NCBI GenBank assembly: GCA_963798465.1
Contig: CAWCTC010000001.1
Coordinates: forward strand, 196,315 to 260,314
Source: an uncultured bacterium
GTDB taxonomy: Bacteria; Patescibacteriota; Minisyncoccia; Phycocordibacterales; GWA1-40-21
DNA: 64,000 nt
Reading direction: 5' to 3'
Shown: positions 8,366 to 17,539 of the stretch, in pieces
How the letters are laid out: the number at the start of each line of letters is the position of its first letter
Numbering within the stretch: the first letter of the stretch is position 1
The notes under the pieces: generated by a model
Databases searched by the model: none
What the model was told of the DNA's origin: nothing
Seen by the model: only the letters and a program-made list of their open reading frames with translations
Made by a program: the position numbers and the translations under genes

Positions 8366-9480
8366 TATCTAGTTTGTATCCTTGTCCTTATGTTGTTTTG
8401 CCTTTTCTAGAGGCTCTTTTCTTAGCGAGTCCAACCAAAAAGACACTGAGATTGTATAAATGCTCAGCCTTTTTGTTTATTTCTTCTTCTCCTAAATTCC
8501 TAAAATGCAGAGAAAGTAGCTTTGCTATTTTCTCCAAATTTCCAGTATTATTTAACACTTTATTGAGGAGTTAGTGTTTTTACCATTTTTAGGAATAAAA
8601 AAACTAACTACCAAAATTAAAAGCACATCTCTATTTTAAAAAGAGATTTGCATTTAACTTTAAGAGCTAGTTTTATAACAATATTGTTTCTTTTTAATCT
8701 ATGGTTTGGACGAGGTCCAAAACGCAGTAATTTCTGTAAAAATACAATATTATCATCAGCAACACTTTGAACTTATGGGTTCTCGGATGTACGAAGTCAT
8801 GACACGGCCTGTCATTATTTATCCCCTAGAATTTGGGGTTTATGGCTTATAAATCTTGCAATGAACACTTTTCTGCACACAGAGTAATCCCAACTGAAAG
8901 AAATGTCAAATAAATTTAGCAATCAATCTGTGTTTAAACTGTGGAAAGAAAAATGGTCAATTTTCGTATGTAATTATTTGCGAAACTAGTTGAAAAACTA
9001 ACTAAAATTAATATTTGATATTTCAAATACACATACTGTAGCTGAATGTTTTCTAGAAATGATACAAAATATTTTTCAACTAGTTTAGCAAACATTTCTT
9101 TACCATTTATAAAGTAATTTATTTACAATTTTTACCCACTAAAAGACTAAAAAGCATCCCTTTTATTGAGACGTATATTTCAAAAATACCCTTGCATTAA
9201 AAATTCTATTTTCAATTAAATACAATTAAACAATGTTTTAGTCTTTAATTCAAAATAGTGCACTTGGAACAACATAGTCATTGTGATACTATTTCATTAC
9301 AACTTAATACGAAAGTAGCCTAAACTTGATGTAAATCAAGCATGGTGAAAATGAAGTCCCAGAAAGACATAAAAAACCCATCATATGGGGTTGTCTTTCT
9401 GGGCTATATTGGGAAACCAGTATAAACAGCTTTTGCTGTTAACCATGTGGTGGGCTTTTTGTGTACATAAAATATAAATA

Positions 9481-9942
9481 ATGAATCCAGCAGAAGAAAT
9501 AGTAAAATTTTGGCTTCAAGAAAATGGATATTTTCTTCAGTCTTCAATAAGACTAGCTCATAATAAAGAGATAGATATTTTAGCGGTAAATACTGAGAAG
9601 AAAGAAAAATTACACATTGAAGTTTCAGTATCAGTCAGAATGGCTAATTATGATAGAAATCCAAGTGAATTAGCAGAAGAATTTTATCAAAGGAAATTTA
9701 TAGCAGTTGAGAATGATGTAGCGAAAGCTTTTGGAGAGAAGTATAGTAAAAATCTAGTGGTTGGAAATGTTTCTTTTAAGAATAAAGATATCTTGAAAGA
9801 ATTTATTAAGGAATGTGAGAAAAGAGATATAAAGGTGATAACAATAAAAGAGATTTTAGATGTTATCAGACCAAAACTTTCCACTCACACATATTTGAAT
9901 GCTGTAATTAAAACCATTCAGATAGCAAAGGAGTTTAAGTAA
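9481..9942 (+). CDS. hypothetical protein with YraN/Hjc-like PD-(D/E)xK nuclease-fold signature
   Basis: AEEIVKFWLQENGYFLQSSIRLAHNKEIDILAV...LHIEVSVS resembles the GE..a..L...G..il..N.....EiDiia....vfvEVK pattern, but the Lys is replaced. Confidence 0.35.
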   Translation: MNPAEEIVKFWLQENGYFLQSSIRLAHNKEIDILAVNTEKKEKLHIEVSVSVRMANYDRNPSELAEEFYQRKFIAVENDVAKAFGEKYSKNLVVGNVSFKNKDILKEFIKECEKRDIKVITIKEILDVIRPKLSTHTYLNAVIKTIQIAKEFK

Positions 9943-9967
9943 ATTTTATTAGTTAATAAACAAAAAC

Positions 9968-10258
9968 ATGGAAATAATTGGATTAATAGAAATAATAATA
10001 GGATTGGGAATATATTTTATTCCTACATTTGTAGCATATGATAGAAAAATGAAGAATAAAGAAAGTGTATTGTGGTTGAATTTACTTTTGGGGTGGACAT
10101 TTATTGGTTGGGTTGTAGCATTAATTTGGTCATTGATAAAATCCGAGTCAAATGAATCAAAGATTACTCTTGAAAGTGAACTGAAAAAATGTCCTAAGTG
10201 TGCAGAATTAATAAAAAAAGAGGCTACTAAGTGTAAACATTGTGGATCTGAATTATAA
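9968..10258 (+). CDS. superinfection-immunity-like membrane protein with C-terminal zinc ribbon
   Basis: YFIPTFVAYDRK...LNLLLGWTFIGWVVALIWSL matches the Imm_superinfect pattern. The C-terminus carries CPKC...CKHCG. Confidence 0.55.
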   Translation: MEIIGLIEIIIGLGIYFIPTFVAYDRKMKNKESVLWLNLLLGWTFIGWVVALIWSLIKSESNESKITLESELKKCPKCAELIKKEATKCKHCGSEL

Positions 10259-10271
10259 TTTTTAAAAAAAT

Positions 10272-10541
10272 ATGAAAAAACAAAAATACATATTGGAAAA
10301 ATTATATCAAGATTTTAGAAATGCTCTTGCAGAATGGATTGTTGCAAAAACAAAAGCAAGAATTAAAGATGGATTTTATGATTTAAATGATATATTTAAA
10401 AAAATAGAATGGATTGAGAAGTATGATAAGAAAAACAAAAAGATGTTAGATAAGGTTAATAAAACTGAAGAAAAGTTTTTAAATAAAATAAATCCCAAGT
10501 TTTTTAAAAGCTATCTTCAATATTTAAAGGAGGAATATTAG
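10272..10541 (+). CDS. hypothetical protein
   Basis: Listed 89-aa ORF, Lys/Glu-rich, tightly spaced after the previous gene. Confidence 0.35.
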   Translation: MKKQKYILEKLYQDFRNALAEWIVAKTKARIKDGFYDLNDIFKKIEWIEKYDKKNKKMLDKVNKTEEKFLNKINPKFFKSYLQYLKEEY

Positions 10542-10547
10542 ATTTAG

Positions 10548-10940
10548 TTAATCCTGAAAAAACTTAACTATATTACCTACAAAAAGTGATAGTAGACCAT
10601 AGCCAGCCAAAGTTAACCCATAAAGTGTCTGTGGTGTATTTAAATCAATTCCACCATGTTGAGAAGCACTATTTCCAGCCCAAGCCAAACCACCAAAAAT
10701 TGCACACCATGAAAAAAATATAATCCATCTGCCAGTTTTTTTCTTTTTCTCTCCATGAGAAATAACCACTTTATTGGTATTAATACCCATGATTGCAACT
10801 ATAACTGCAACAATTACACCTCCTATTATTGTGCTTATTAAATTACTCATATTGAGTTGTAGTTTAAACAATATAATCAAAAAGTAAAGTAAGACAAAAT
10901 TTAGCACACGTTTTATTGGGCAGATAAAGTTAATATTCAC
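10548..10940 (-). CDS. hypothetical membrane protein (true start possibly Met-31 at 10850)
   Basis: Listed ORF with three to four hydrophobic helices. Confidence 0.4.
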   Translation of the reverse strand: MNINFICPIKRVLNFVLLYFLIILFKLQLNMSNLISTIIGGVIVAVIVAIMGINTNKVVISHGEKKKKTGRWIIFFSWCAIFGGLAWAGNSASQHGGIDLNTPQTLYGLTLAGYGLLSLFVGNIVKFFQD

Positions 10941-10974
10941 AAAGTTATAATTTTATGGTACAGTATAAAAACTT

Positions 10975-12150
10975 ATGACCATAGAAGAAGAAATAACACC
11001 AAGTGATTTTAGAGAGGTTCCTTACGGCGAAAGTAAGATTTTTTTTGATAAAAAATATGTTTTTCATGAACATTTTCAACATAAGAAAAAAACACGCAGA
11101 TTTCCTTATTGCAAAAATATTCTTGCCTTTATATCTGAAAATCCAGGATTAAATATTTATTTTACTTTGGATGAAAAAATAAAACCATTTAAGAAGATTA
11201 AAGATGGCTATCTTATAAATATTGATTCATATATGACATTTTGTGAGGCTATCCAAAGTAGAACTACTGGAAGAGCCAAGGCTTTTCTAAGTCAAAATCT
11301 TAATTTAAAAGACATCAGTGCGACAAAAAAAGATAAAGAAGAATATATTAAAGCAAACGCTGATGAAAAAATTCTTTTAGAAGCCTGTAAAAATCTTGAT
11401 CCTGAGTCTAAAAAAAATATAACTGATGCTTTAAATCAATTACAACCTGCCAATCAAAATGATGAGACTAAAAGACAAGATATAAAAAGCGAGGAGTTTA
11501 TTTTATTGTTTTCTAAATTTCTTTCCGATAAAGACGTCCAGCTAGCTATTATTCAAAATACTCCTAAAATTCAGATTCAAATTCTTAAAGCACATGTTTC
11601 TTTTCTTAAAGAAAATTTAGATAAGAATGAAACATTTATTCAAAATTGGATTGATGAAGATGATGGAAAGTATAGAAAACAAAGATGTCTTATTTTTGGA
11701 ATAGATTATGTAGATCCAAAACGAGAGGGGAGATTGTCTGGTAAAAAATTTGATGTTCTAGCAGAACAAAACAGAGATAACCACGTAATTATTGAATTAA
11801 AATCTCCGAATGCGGATGTATTTGACATTGAATTAAAACCAAATGCTAATGGTGGAGAAGTTGAAGAATTTAGAATCTCTAAAGAATTAGCTAGAGCTAT
11901 ACCGCAAGTACTTGGATATAAAAAATGGTATGGAGGCGCAACCACTGAAGAAATAAAAGAGCTTGGTCTGAAAGAAAAGAAAAATATATCACGTTGTATT
12001 ATTGTTATTGGACAAACTAAAGAATCAGAAGTTTGGAAAGAAAATCTAAATTGTTTAAGAAGCAGCTTATCTTCAATAGACGTATATACTTACACTGATT
12101 TAATACATAAGTTAGAAAATACAATTAAAAATCTTGAGGAAAATCTATAG
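10975..12150 (+). CDS. Shedu-like (DUF4263-type) PD-(D/E)xK nuclease, putative anti-phage effector
   Basis: The C-terminal half (ETFIQNWI...KFDVLAEQNRDNHVIIELKSPNADVF...AIPQVLGYKKWY...CIIVIGQTKE...IDVYTYTDLIHKLENTI) follows the DUF4263 order of motifs. Confidence 0.55.
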   Translation: MTIEEEITPSDFREVPYGESKIFFDKKYVFHEHFQHKKKTRRFPYCKNILAFISENPGLNIYFTLDEKIKPFKKIKDGYLINIDSYMTFCEAIQSRTTGRAKAFLSQNLNLKDISATKKDKEEYIKANADEKILLEACKNLDPESKKNITDALNQLQPANQNDETKRQDIKSEEFILLFSKFLSDKDVQLAIIQNTPKIQIQILKAHVSFLKENLDKNETFIQNWIDEDDGKYRKQRCLIFGIDYVDPKREGRLSGKKFDVLAEQNRDNHVIIELKSPNADVFDIELKPNANGGEVEEFRISKELARAIPQVLGYKKWYGGATTEEIKELGLKEKKNISRCIIVIGQTKESEVWKENLNCLRSSLSSIDVYTYTDLIHKLENTIKNLEENL

Positions 12151-12159
12151 TTAAAAATT

Positions 12160-13467
12160 ATGATAAATATTTGTAAATCACCACTAGATACAGCATATAA
12201 TCGTTTAGATGAAGCACATAGATCTTGGCACAATGCATTAAGCGGTTATCATAAAATAAATGATTTTCGTGCTGGTATAAATAGTGCGATTCAAGCACTT
12301 AGAAATCTAACTTTTGCAATACAAAAACAAAAAGATAATTTGCCGAACTTTGATAATTGGTATGCAGGCTGGCAATCAAAGATGAAAAATGATCCTATTC
12401 TTAAAGAACTTCACGATGCTAGAAACATTATTGTTAAAGAAGAGGATTTAATTTTATATAGTACTGCCAAAGCAACCACAAAAGGTTGGATGGATTTTGA
12501 AAAGACAGCGTTCACCTTTGATCCTTTACAAGATAGTTACACTGTTGCAAAGGATTTTTATGATACATATGCAAAATATTTACCTATAGCAGAAGATCTT
12601 AAAAAAAGATTAATATTTGAGTTTGAAAGAAAATGGGTTTATGAAAAAATACCAGATTATGAATTGTTAGATGCGATTTCTCATTCATATAATTTTCTCT
12701 ATGAAATACTTAAAGATGCAGAAGAAAAATTTTCTTTGCCCATAAAAGAAAATAATAGTACAGGAGATTATTGTACGAATGAATTAAATGACAAAAATAA
12801 ATTAAAATGTATGATAATTACATCACAAGAACGTTGTTTAAAATTTAGTTTTGAAAACGGAGCTTCCCTTGAAATGAAAACAGAAAAAATTTTATTAAAA
12901 GAAAGTGATTTAGATGTTGCACATAAAAGATATGGTGACAAATGGAAATCAGATGAGACACTAGCTTTACTTGAAGGTCTTTTTGCAGATGAATATCCAT
13001 TTAATCAAATGAAACTGTTTTCTCAAGTTGCTGTTGCTGCTCTAAAAAAAGATAAACATCTTATTCCAGTATCTTTCCTTTTTAAAATAAATGATAAAAG
13101 GCCAATGATTATATCTGGTGAATTTCAAAACCAGGAGCATAAAATAATGGTTATGGATAATATTGCTTCAGAAATTGTAAAAAATAATATTAAGTTTGTA
13201 CTTACAATAGCAGAAATTTGGAGATACGATTATGATGAAAAAAACCCACATTTTTTCCCAACAGGAGAACAAAGTGGTAGAGCTAAAGAAGCAATTGAAA
13301 TTGCCTGTTTATCTACTAATAAAATTAAGTTAATTGCGATACCATTCAAAAAGAATATTTTTGGAAAAATTATTTATTCAAAACCAGAGGTAATAAAAGA
13401 ATCTTCCACTGATAATTACCCACCTTCTATTTTTTCACCTATTATTAATGCATTGAGAAGTAATTGA
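12160..13467 (+). CDS. hypothetical 435-aa protein, likely co-transcribed with the Shedu-like gene
   Basis: Listed ORF, 9-nt gap from the previous stop. I recognise no family. Confidence 0.45.
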   Translation: MINICKSPLDTAYNRLDEAHRSWHNALSGYHKINDFRAGINSAIQALRNLTFAIQKQKDNLPNFDNWYAGWQSKMKNDPILKELHDARNIIVKEEDLILYSTAKATTKGWMDFEKTAFTFDPLQDSYTVAKDFYDTYAKYLPIAEDLKKRLIFEFERKWVYEKIPDYELLDAISHSYNFLYEILKDAEEKFSLPIKENNSTGDYCTNELNDKNKLKCMIITSQERCLKFSFENGASLEMKTEKILLKESDLDVAHKRYGDKWKSDETLALLEGLFADEYPFNQMKLFSQVAVAALKKDKHLIPVSFLFKINDKRPMIISGEFQNQEHKIMVMDNIASEIVKNNIKFVLTIAEIWRYDYDEKNPHFFPTGEQSGRAKEAIEIACLSTNKIKLIAIPFKKNIFGKIIYSKPEVIKESSTDNYPPSIFSPIINALRSN

Positions 13468-13761
13468 TTATTTTTTACCAAACTCATCAGGAGATTTCTT
13501 TTCAAGATACCACATTGAAACTTTTACATCACCACGTTGAATAGCGTCAACAATATTAAACTTGGCTGTCATGTTTGGGTACAATTTTAATTGTTGTTTT
13601 CTAACTGCGAAATCAGGATTATTAACCTGGTATCTATAAAGAGCATCTGTTGAAATGGCAGCTAATAAACAAGCTTCTTTGTCAGTACAGCACATTGCGT
13701 ATGCTTCTTCTAATTTCGCAAGTACCTTTTCAGTTATAGTTGATGTTCTACCAGCTTTCAT
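13468..13761 (-). CDS. phage-type HTH DNA-binding protein (terminase-small-subunit-like)
   Basis: GRTSTITEKVLAKLEEAYAMCCTDKEACLLAAISTDALYRYQVNNPDFA...MWYLEKKSPDEF is a pattern common in small phage HTH/terminase small subunits. Confidence 0.4.
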   Translation of the reverse strand: MKAGRTSTITEKVLAKLEEAYAMCCTDKEACLLAAISTDALYRYQVNNPDFAVRKQQLKLYPNMTAKFNIVDAIQRGDVKVSMWYLEKKSPDEFGKK

Positions 13762-13975
13762 ATTAATTAGATTTTAATATCATTAAGCGATAACTTCTCA
13801 ACATCATTTGTTGAAGAATATGTCCAAATCTGAGGTTTTTCAATATTCTTTATAATCTTAGAAAGGTTACAAAGAAATTCAATCAATGGTTTTGAATCTA
13901 GGCTCGTTAGGGGCACATGCATGTGAGACCTATCGAGAGGCTTAAATGTTGAATTTTTTTAGTTATTGAGAGAGA

Positions 13976-16216
13976 TCATTCAAGACCACTTTGCCTAAGA
14001 GCAATATCTTCATCTGCCCGTTTCTTTTGATATTCAATACTTTTCTCTAAATTAAAAACATATTCTTTGGTAAAATCTTGAAATTCCTTACTTCTATCAA
14101 CAGTATATTTTTCTATATTCTCTTTCTTTTTTGTGAGGGCATCAACGAAACCATATTCACCAGTAACTACACCAGTTTGTGACAAATAGCCAAATAATTG
14201 CGACTTGATATTTTTAAGTTCACCGTCTTTTTTATATGTTTTCATTATTTCTTCAACTATTTCATATAAAAATTCTTCGCCTTCATACTTGCCCAATAAA
14301 GAATAGACTATTTCTAAAGACTTCTTATCTTTTTTCTTGATTAACTTAAATAGTTCTTTCTTGAGAGTAGGGTTAAGCTGAGGGAATATATTTGAAATTA
14401 AATTGCTTGCTTCCCAACGATACAGCCAGTTTTCTTTTTCTGAGCCTAGTTCATACCATTTAAAAACCATAGGTATAACCTCCTTTTCGTGTTTACTTAA
14501 TGATTCTGCCAATTTACGAAAATCATATGGAATAGCATCATATCTATCATCTTCTTTGTATTTGCGATTTTTAAGAGTTTTAATTGCTACTCTTTTTTCA
14601 AAGAAATGTATAACTTTTTCTGGGTAAGAATCAGCAATAAAAGTCAGCATGGATTCAGCATCGTAGTTTATATTAATTGTAATCAGTAAAGATTCTAAGA
14701 TTTTATCTAGTTCAGCAGGAGTAAAATCTTTTAAGATTTGTTCTGACTTAAACCATATATGATTTAGCCATCTATCATTCTTTAATTTACAACTTAGTTC
14801 ATATATTACTTCAATTAAGATTTTCTTTAGTCTACCGTCTTTCCCGTAATTTCTTGTAATAGAGTCAACAATATTTGTTAAACTTATAAAATCTTTAGTT
14901 GCTTTAGCCTTTGAAACCACTAAATTAATTAAATCTATATCAACTTCTTCTACATAACTAAAGAGGAATGAAATACTTGGCAAGTTTTTTCCTGCCCCAA
15001 TCCACTTCTTTAATATTTTTATTAAGTCATTTTTCTTTGGACTTTTCCATAATCCAGCAATAAGATTAACCATGAAGGGCGAAAGTTTTTCTAACTTTAT
15101 AAATTCAAAACCAATTTCAGGTTTCGCCTTGGCTAATTCAAATAGGAATATATTAAAATATTGAAATTCACTATATTTATCTGAAGAATAATGACTTACC
15201 ACTTTAAACACTTTTTTTTTCCACTCTTTAATATTAGACATAGACATTGAGCTAATAAATTCTTTTATCTTTTCCAATCTTTGATTTTTTGCTTTGTCCC
15301 AGTCTAATTCTTTTGAAAACTCGTGGTCGTGCCCTACAAAAATCTTGAACATTCCGTAATCACTTTTGGTGGCGATTTTTGATTCAAGTTCCTCAATCCT
15401 TGGGAGAGATTCCTTCTTAGTCCATCGTAAAAACCAATTTTTTCGTTCCTCAATTGTTTTAACCACAACATTGTCTGCTTTATCGATAATTTCTATGTAA
15501 AAATCAATCACCGTGTTTGTGTCACTAGTAATCATATCAATCATATCCTCACCATAAGAATGGTTGCTGGGTCTTCTCGTTGCTTCTTCAAGTGTTTCTA
15601 TAACTTTCTTTTTCTTTTCAGATGTTTCTATAATGGAATACATTTTTTCCAAGAAAGAGATGGCTTCTTTTCTGATAGATATTAATCTTTCGTTTGCATT
15701 AAGGGGTCCGGAATGAAAAGTCATGGTTTTGTAGTCTTGCATGCTCGTGCCTTCAAAAGATGGTTTTAATATACAACCAATAATCAGTAACAAATCTTCC
15801 AAGTGTTCTTTAATGTCTTCATTTTTAAAACTTTTAATGAATTCTAGTACAACTTCTTGTGGTCTATACCCAATCTGTTTTAAAGCATTAAAATCATATT
15901 TAGATAAATACTCCATAGTTTTTCTTGCTTCAGAAGTAGGGCTACCTTCAAATTTCTCTGTAACTGCAAATAAGAGTTTCAATGTTTCTTTGGTTTTTAA
16001 GTACCTTACTTTCTGAAGAACTTCCATAGCTGTATGTAATACATCATCGTATGCTTTACCGTAAATTACATGTGGGCCAAATTTACCCAACGGCTTAGGT
16101 TTGATTTTCTTTTTAGTATTAACAATAACGCTAACTATCTTTATGGCTTTATCAGGAACTTTATAAGCAAACTTCATTAAGTTATTTAATTTTTCTATTA
16201 GTTGGTCATTTGTCAT
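13976..16216 (-). CDS. hypothetical 746-aa alpha-helical-repeat protein, second gene of a two-gene operon
   Basis: Listed ORF. Its start overlaps the stop of the upstream gene by 4 nt (ATGA). No recognisable catalytic motif. Confidence 0.5.
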   Translation of the reverse strand: MTNDQLIEKLNNLMKFAYKVPDKAIKIVSVIVNTKKKIKPKPLGKFGPHVIYGKAYDDVLHTAMEVLQKVRYLKTKETLKLLFAVTEKFEGSPTSEARKTMEYLSKYDFNALKQIGYRPQEVVLEFIKSFKNEDIKEHLEDLLLIIGCILKPSFEGTSMQDYKTMTFHSGPLNANERLISIRKEAISFLEKMYSIIETSEKKKKVIETLEEATRRPSNHSYGEDMIDMITSDTNTVIDFYIEIIDKADNVVVKTIEERKNWFLRWTKKESLPRIEELESKIATKSDYGMFKIFVGHDHEFSKELDWDKAKNQRLEKIKEFISSMSMSNIKEWKKKVFKVVSHYSSDKYSEFQYFNIFLFELAKAKPEIGFEFIKLEKLSPFMVNLIAGLWKSPKKNDLIKILKKWIGAGKNLPSISFLFSYVEEVDIDLINLVVSKAKATKDFISLTNIVDSITRNYGKDGRLKKILIEVIYELSCKLKNDRWLNHIWFKSEQILKDFTPAELDKILESLLITININYDAESMLTFIADSYPEKVIHFFEKRVAIKTLKNRKYKEDDRYDAIPYDFRKLAESLSKHEKEVIPMVFKWYELGSEKENWLYRWEASNLISNIFPQLNPTLKKELFKLIKKKDKKSLEIVYSLLGKYEGEEFLYEIVEEIMKTYKKDGELKNIKSQLFGYLSQTGVVTGEYGFVDALTKKKENIEKYTVDRSKEFQDFTKEYVFNLEKSIEYQKKRADEDIALRQSGLE

Positions 16217-17100
16217 AATTTTTTCTTTATGTCTTTTAAATATTCTTCAGCAATGTCTTCTAATACTTCTTCTGAATTTTTATTTCTGATTTCTGCTATT
16301 TTTCCTAAAATCACAGCCTTTTGCTTTTCATCTTTTGCCATAGCTGTAATGCTGTTAACTTCTTTTTTTGTAAGCTTAGAAATATATTCTGCAATTTCTG
16401 CTAAGCCTGATTTTTCATCTGAAACTAACAGTATACGACCAACACTTTTAATTAGCCCTCTTTTTAAAGACTCATACAGTAAGGCTGTGAACTCTTTGTT
16501 TTCAATTGAAAGTTTCTCTTTAATTTTATCAATACTTGCCACATCTCCATCCTGAATGGGTGCTAATAAATAAAAAATACCAATGAAGGCATGTATCTTT
16601 TCTTCTATACCATTAACAATGGCATTCCACTCATCAGCCACGAAATTATCATCTCCTAGGGCAATATTGTACCAATCATTTAGATAGTTCGTGTCATCTT
16701 TAATGGATTTATCAGGGTCAAGAACTATTGTTTTGTGCTTTTGATTTTCTTTTATGTCTAAAGTTCTTAAAAACTTTTTATCAATTTCCTGCCAGCAAGC
16801 AATTTTTTTATCATTATCTACAAGTATAAAAACTACTGGTGGGCTAGATTTTGCCCAGTGTTGTAAGTCCGATACTCTGCAAGGGAATGAATACTTCTTA
16901 AGCTTAACTTTACCTTTCGCCTGATAGAGTAAATATTTACTTGTATAAGATTTGTTATCTGCTATGAACTGCAAAAGACCGTCTACTCCGGGGTAATTTC
17001 CATTTATGGGTAAATGCTCTAAATATCTCTTGTTTAGTAAATCGCCTAATATTCCTACTGCCTGCCCATCTATTATTTTCTGCTCAGTTGTTTTTGGCAT
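16213..17100 (-). CDS. DUF4365-like restriction-endonuclease-fold protein
   Basis: The N-terminus (GQAVGILGDLL...YPGVDGLLQF...YLLYQAKGK) resembles the D.GiD...vQvK core of DUF4365/Mrr-like PD-(D/E)xK domains. Confidence 0.45.
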   Translation of the reverse strand: MPKTTEQKIIDGQAVGILGDLLNKRYLEHLPINGNYPGVDGLLQFIADNKSYTSKYLLYQAKGKVKLKKYSFPCRVSDLQHWAKSSPPVVFILVDNDKKIACWQEIDKKFLRTLDIKENQKHKTIVLDPDKSIKDDTNYLNDWYNIALGDDNFVADEWNAIVNGIEEKIHAFIGIFYLLAPIQDGDVASIDKIKEKLSIENKEFTALLYESLKRGLIKSVGRILLVSDEKSGLAEIAEYISKLTKKEVNSITAMAKDEKQKAVILGKIAEIRNKNSEEVLEDIAEEYLKDIKKKL

Positions 17101-17434
17101 TTATCCAGTCATTCTAACATTTATTTTGAAACTCAGAAATCTAAAAATTCAGAATTTATGATGGGGTAATTTTTAACTAACCCGCACCTTTTTGTTATTC
17201 ATCACTACCTTACTCCTCAAGTATTACTCAGTATGCACAATAAATTTGCTTTAAAATAAATTAAAAAAATCCTCTGTAAAATTTCAGGGGATTTTTTATT
17301 GTTTGTTTTACTTCGATTATTTAAAAATTATTTTTTATTTGTTTTTTCCATTTTTTAATGTAATATAACTTTGCAAGGGCGCTTAGCTGTTTTGGCTAAC
17401 ATGCAAGTTTACAAGTTTTGAAAGTTTAATGTTT

Positions 17435-17508
17435 GGGCGCTTAGCTCAGTTGGTTAGAGCACCTCATTTACACTGAGGGGGTCAGGGGTTCGAATCCCTT
17501 AGCGCCCA
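17435..17508 (+). tRNA. tRNA-Val (anticodon TAC)
   Basis: Manual cloverleaf: GGGCGCT/AGCGCCC acceptor, GCTC..GAGC D stem, anticodon loop TTTACAC, T arm AGGGG-TTCGAAT-CCCTT. No CCA. Confidence 0.85.
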
Positions 17509-17539
17509 CAAATAAAATCTGCGACAGCAGATTTTTTGA

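Larger units (their letters stand above)
6245..13947. mobile_element. putative ~7.7-kb integrative element / prophage remnant bounded by imperfect direct repeats derived from the tRNA-Arg 3' end
   Basis: Repeat 6251-6289 matches 13909-13947 at 34/39 positions, and both start with a GGGCACA tRNA-Arg end. A large serine recombinase sits at the left end, and the cargo is phage/defence-like. Confidence 0.45.

Noticed and set aside
8149-8574. 141-aa plus-strand ORF
   Set aside because: It is antisense to the resolvase-like gene for half its length and has low-complexity, Phe/Leu-rich, AT-driven composition. No motif is present.
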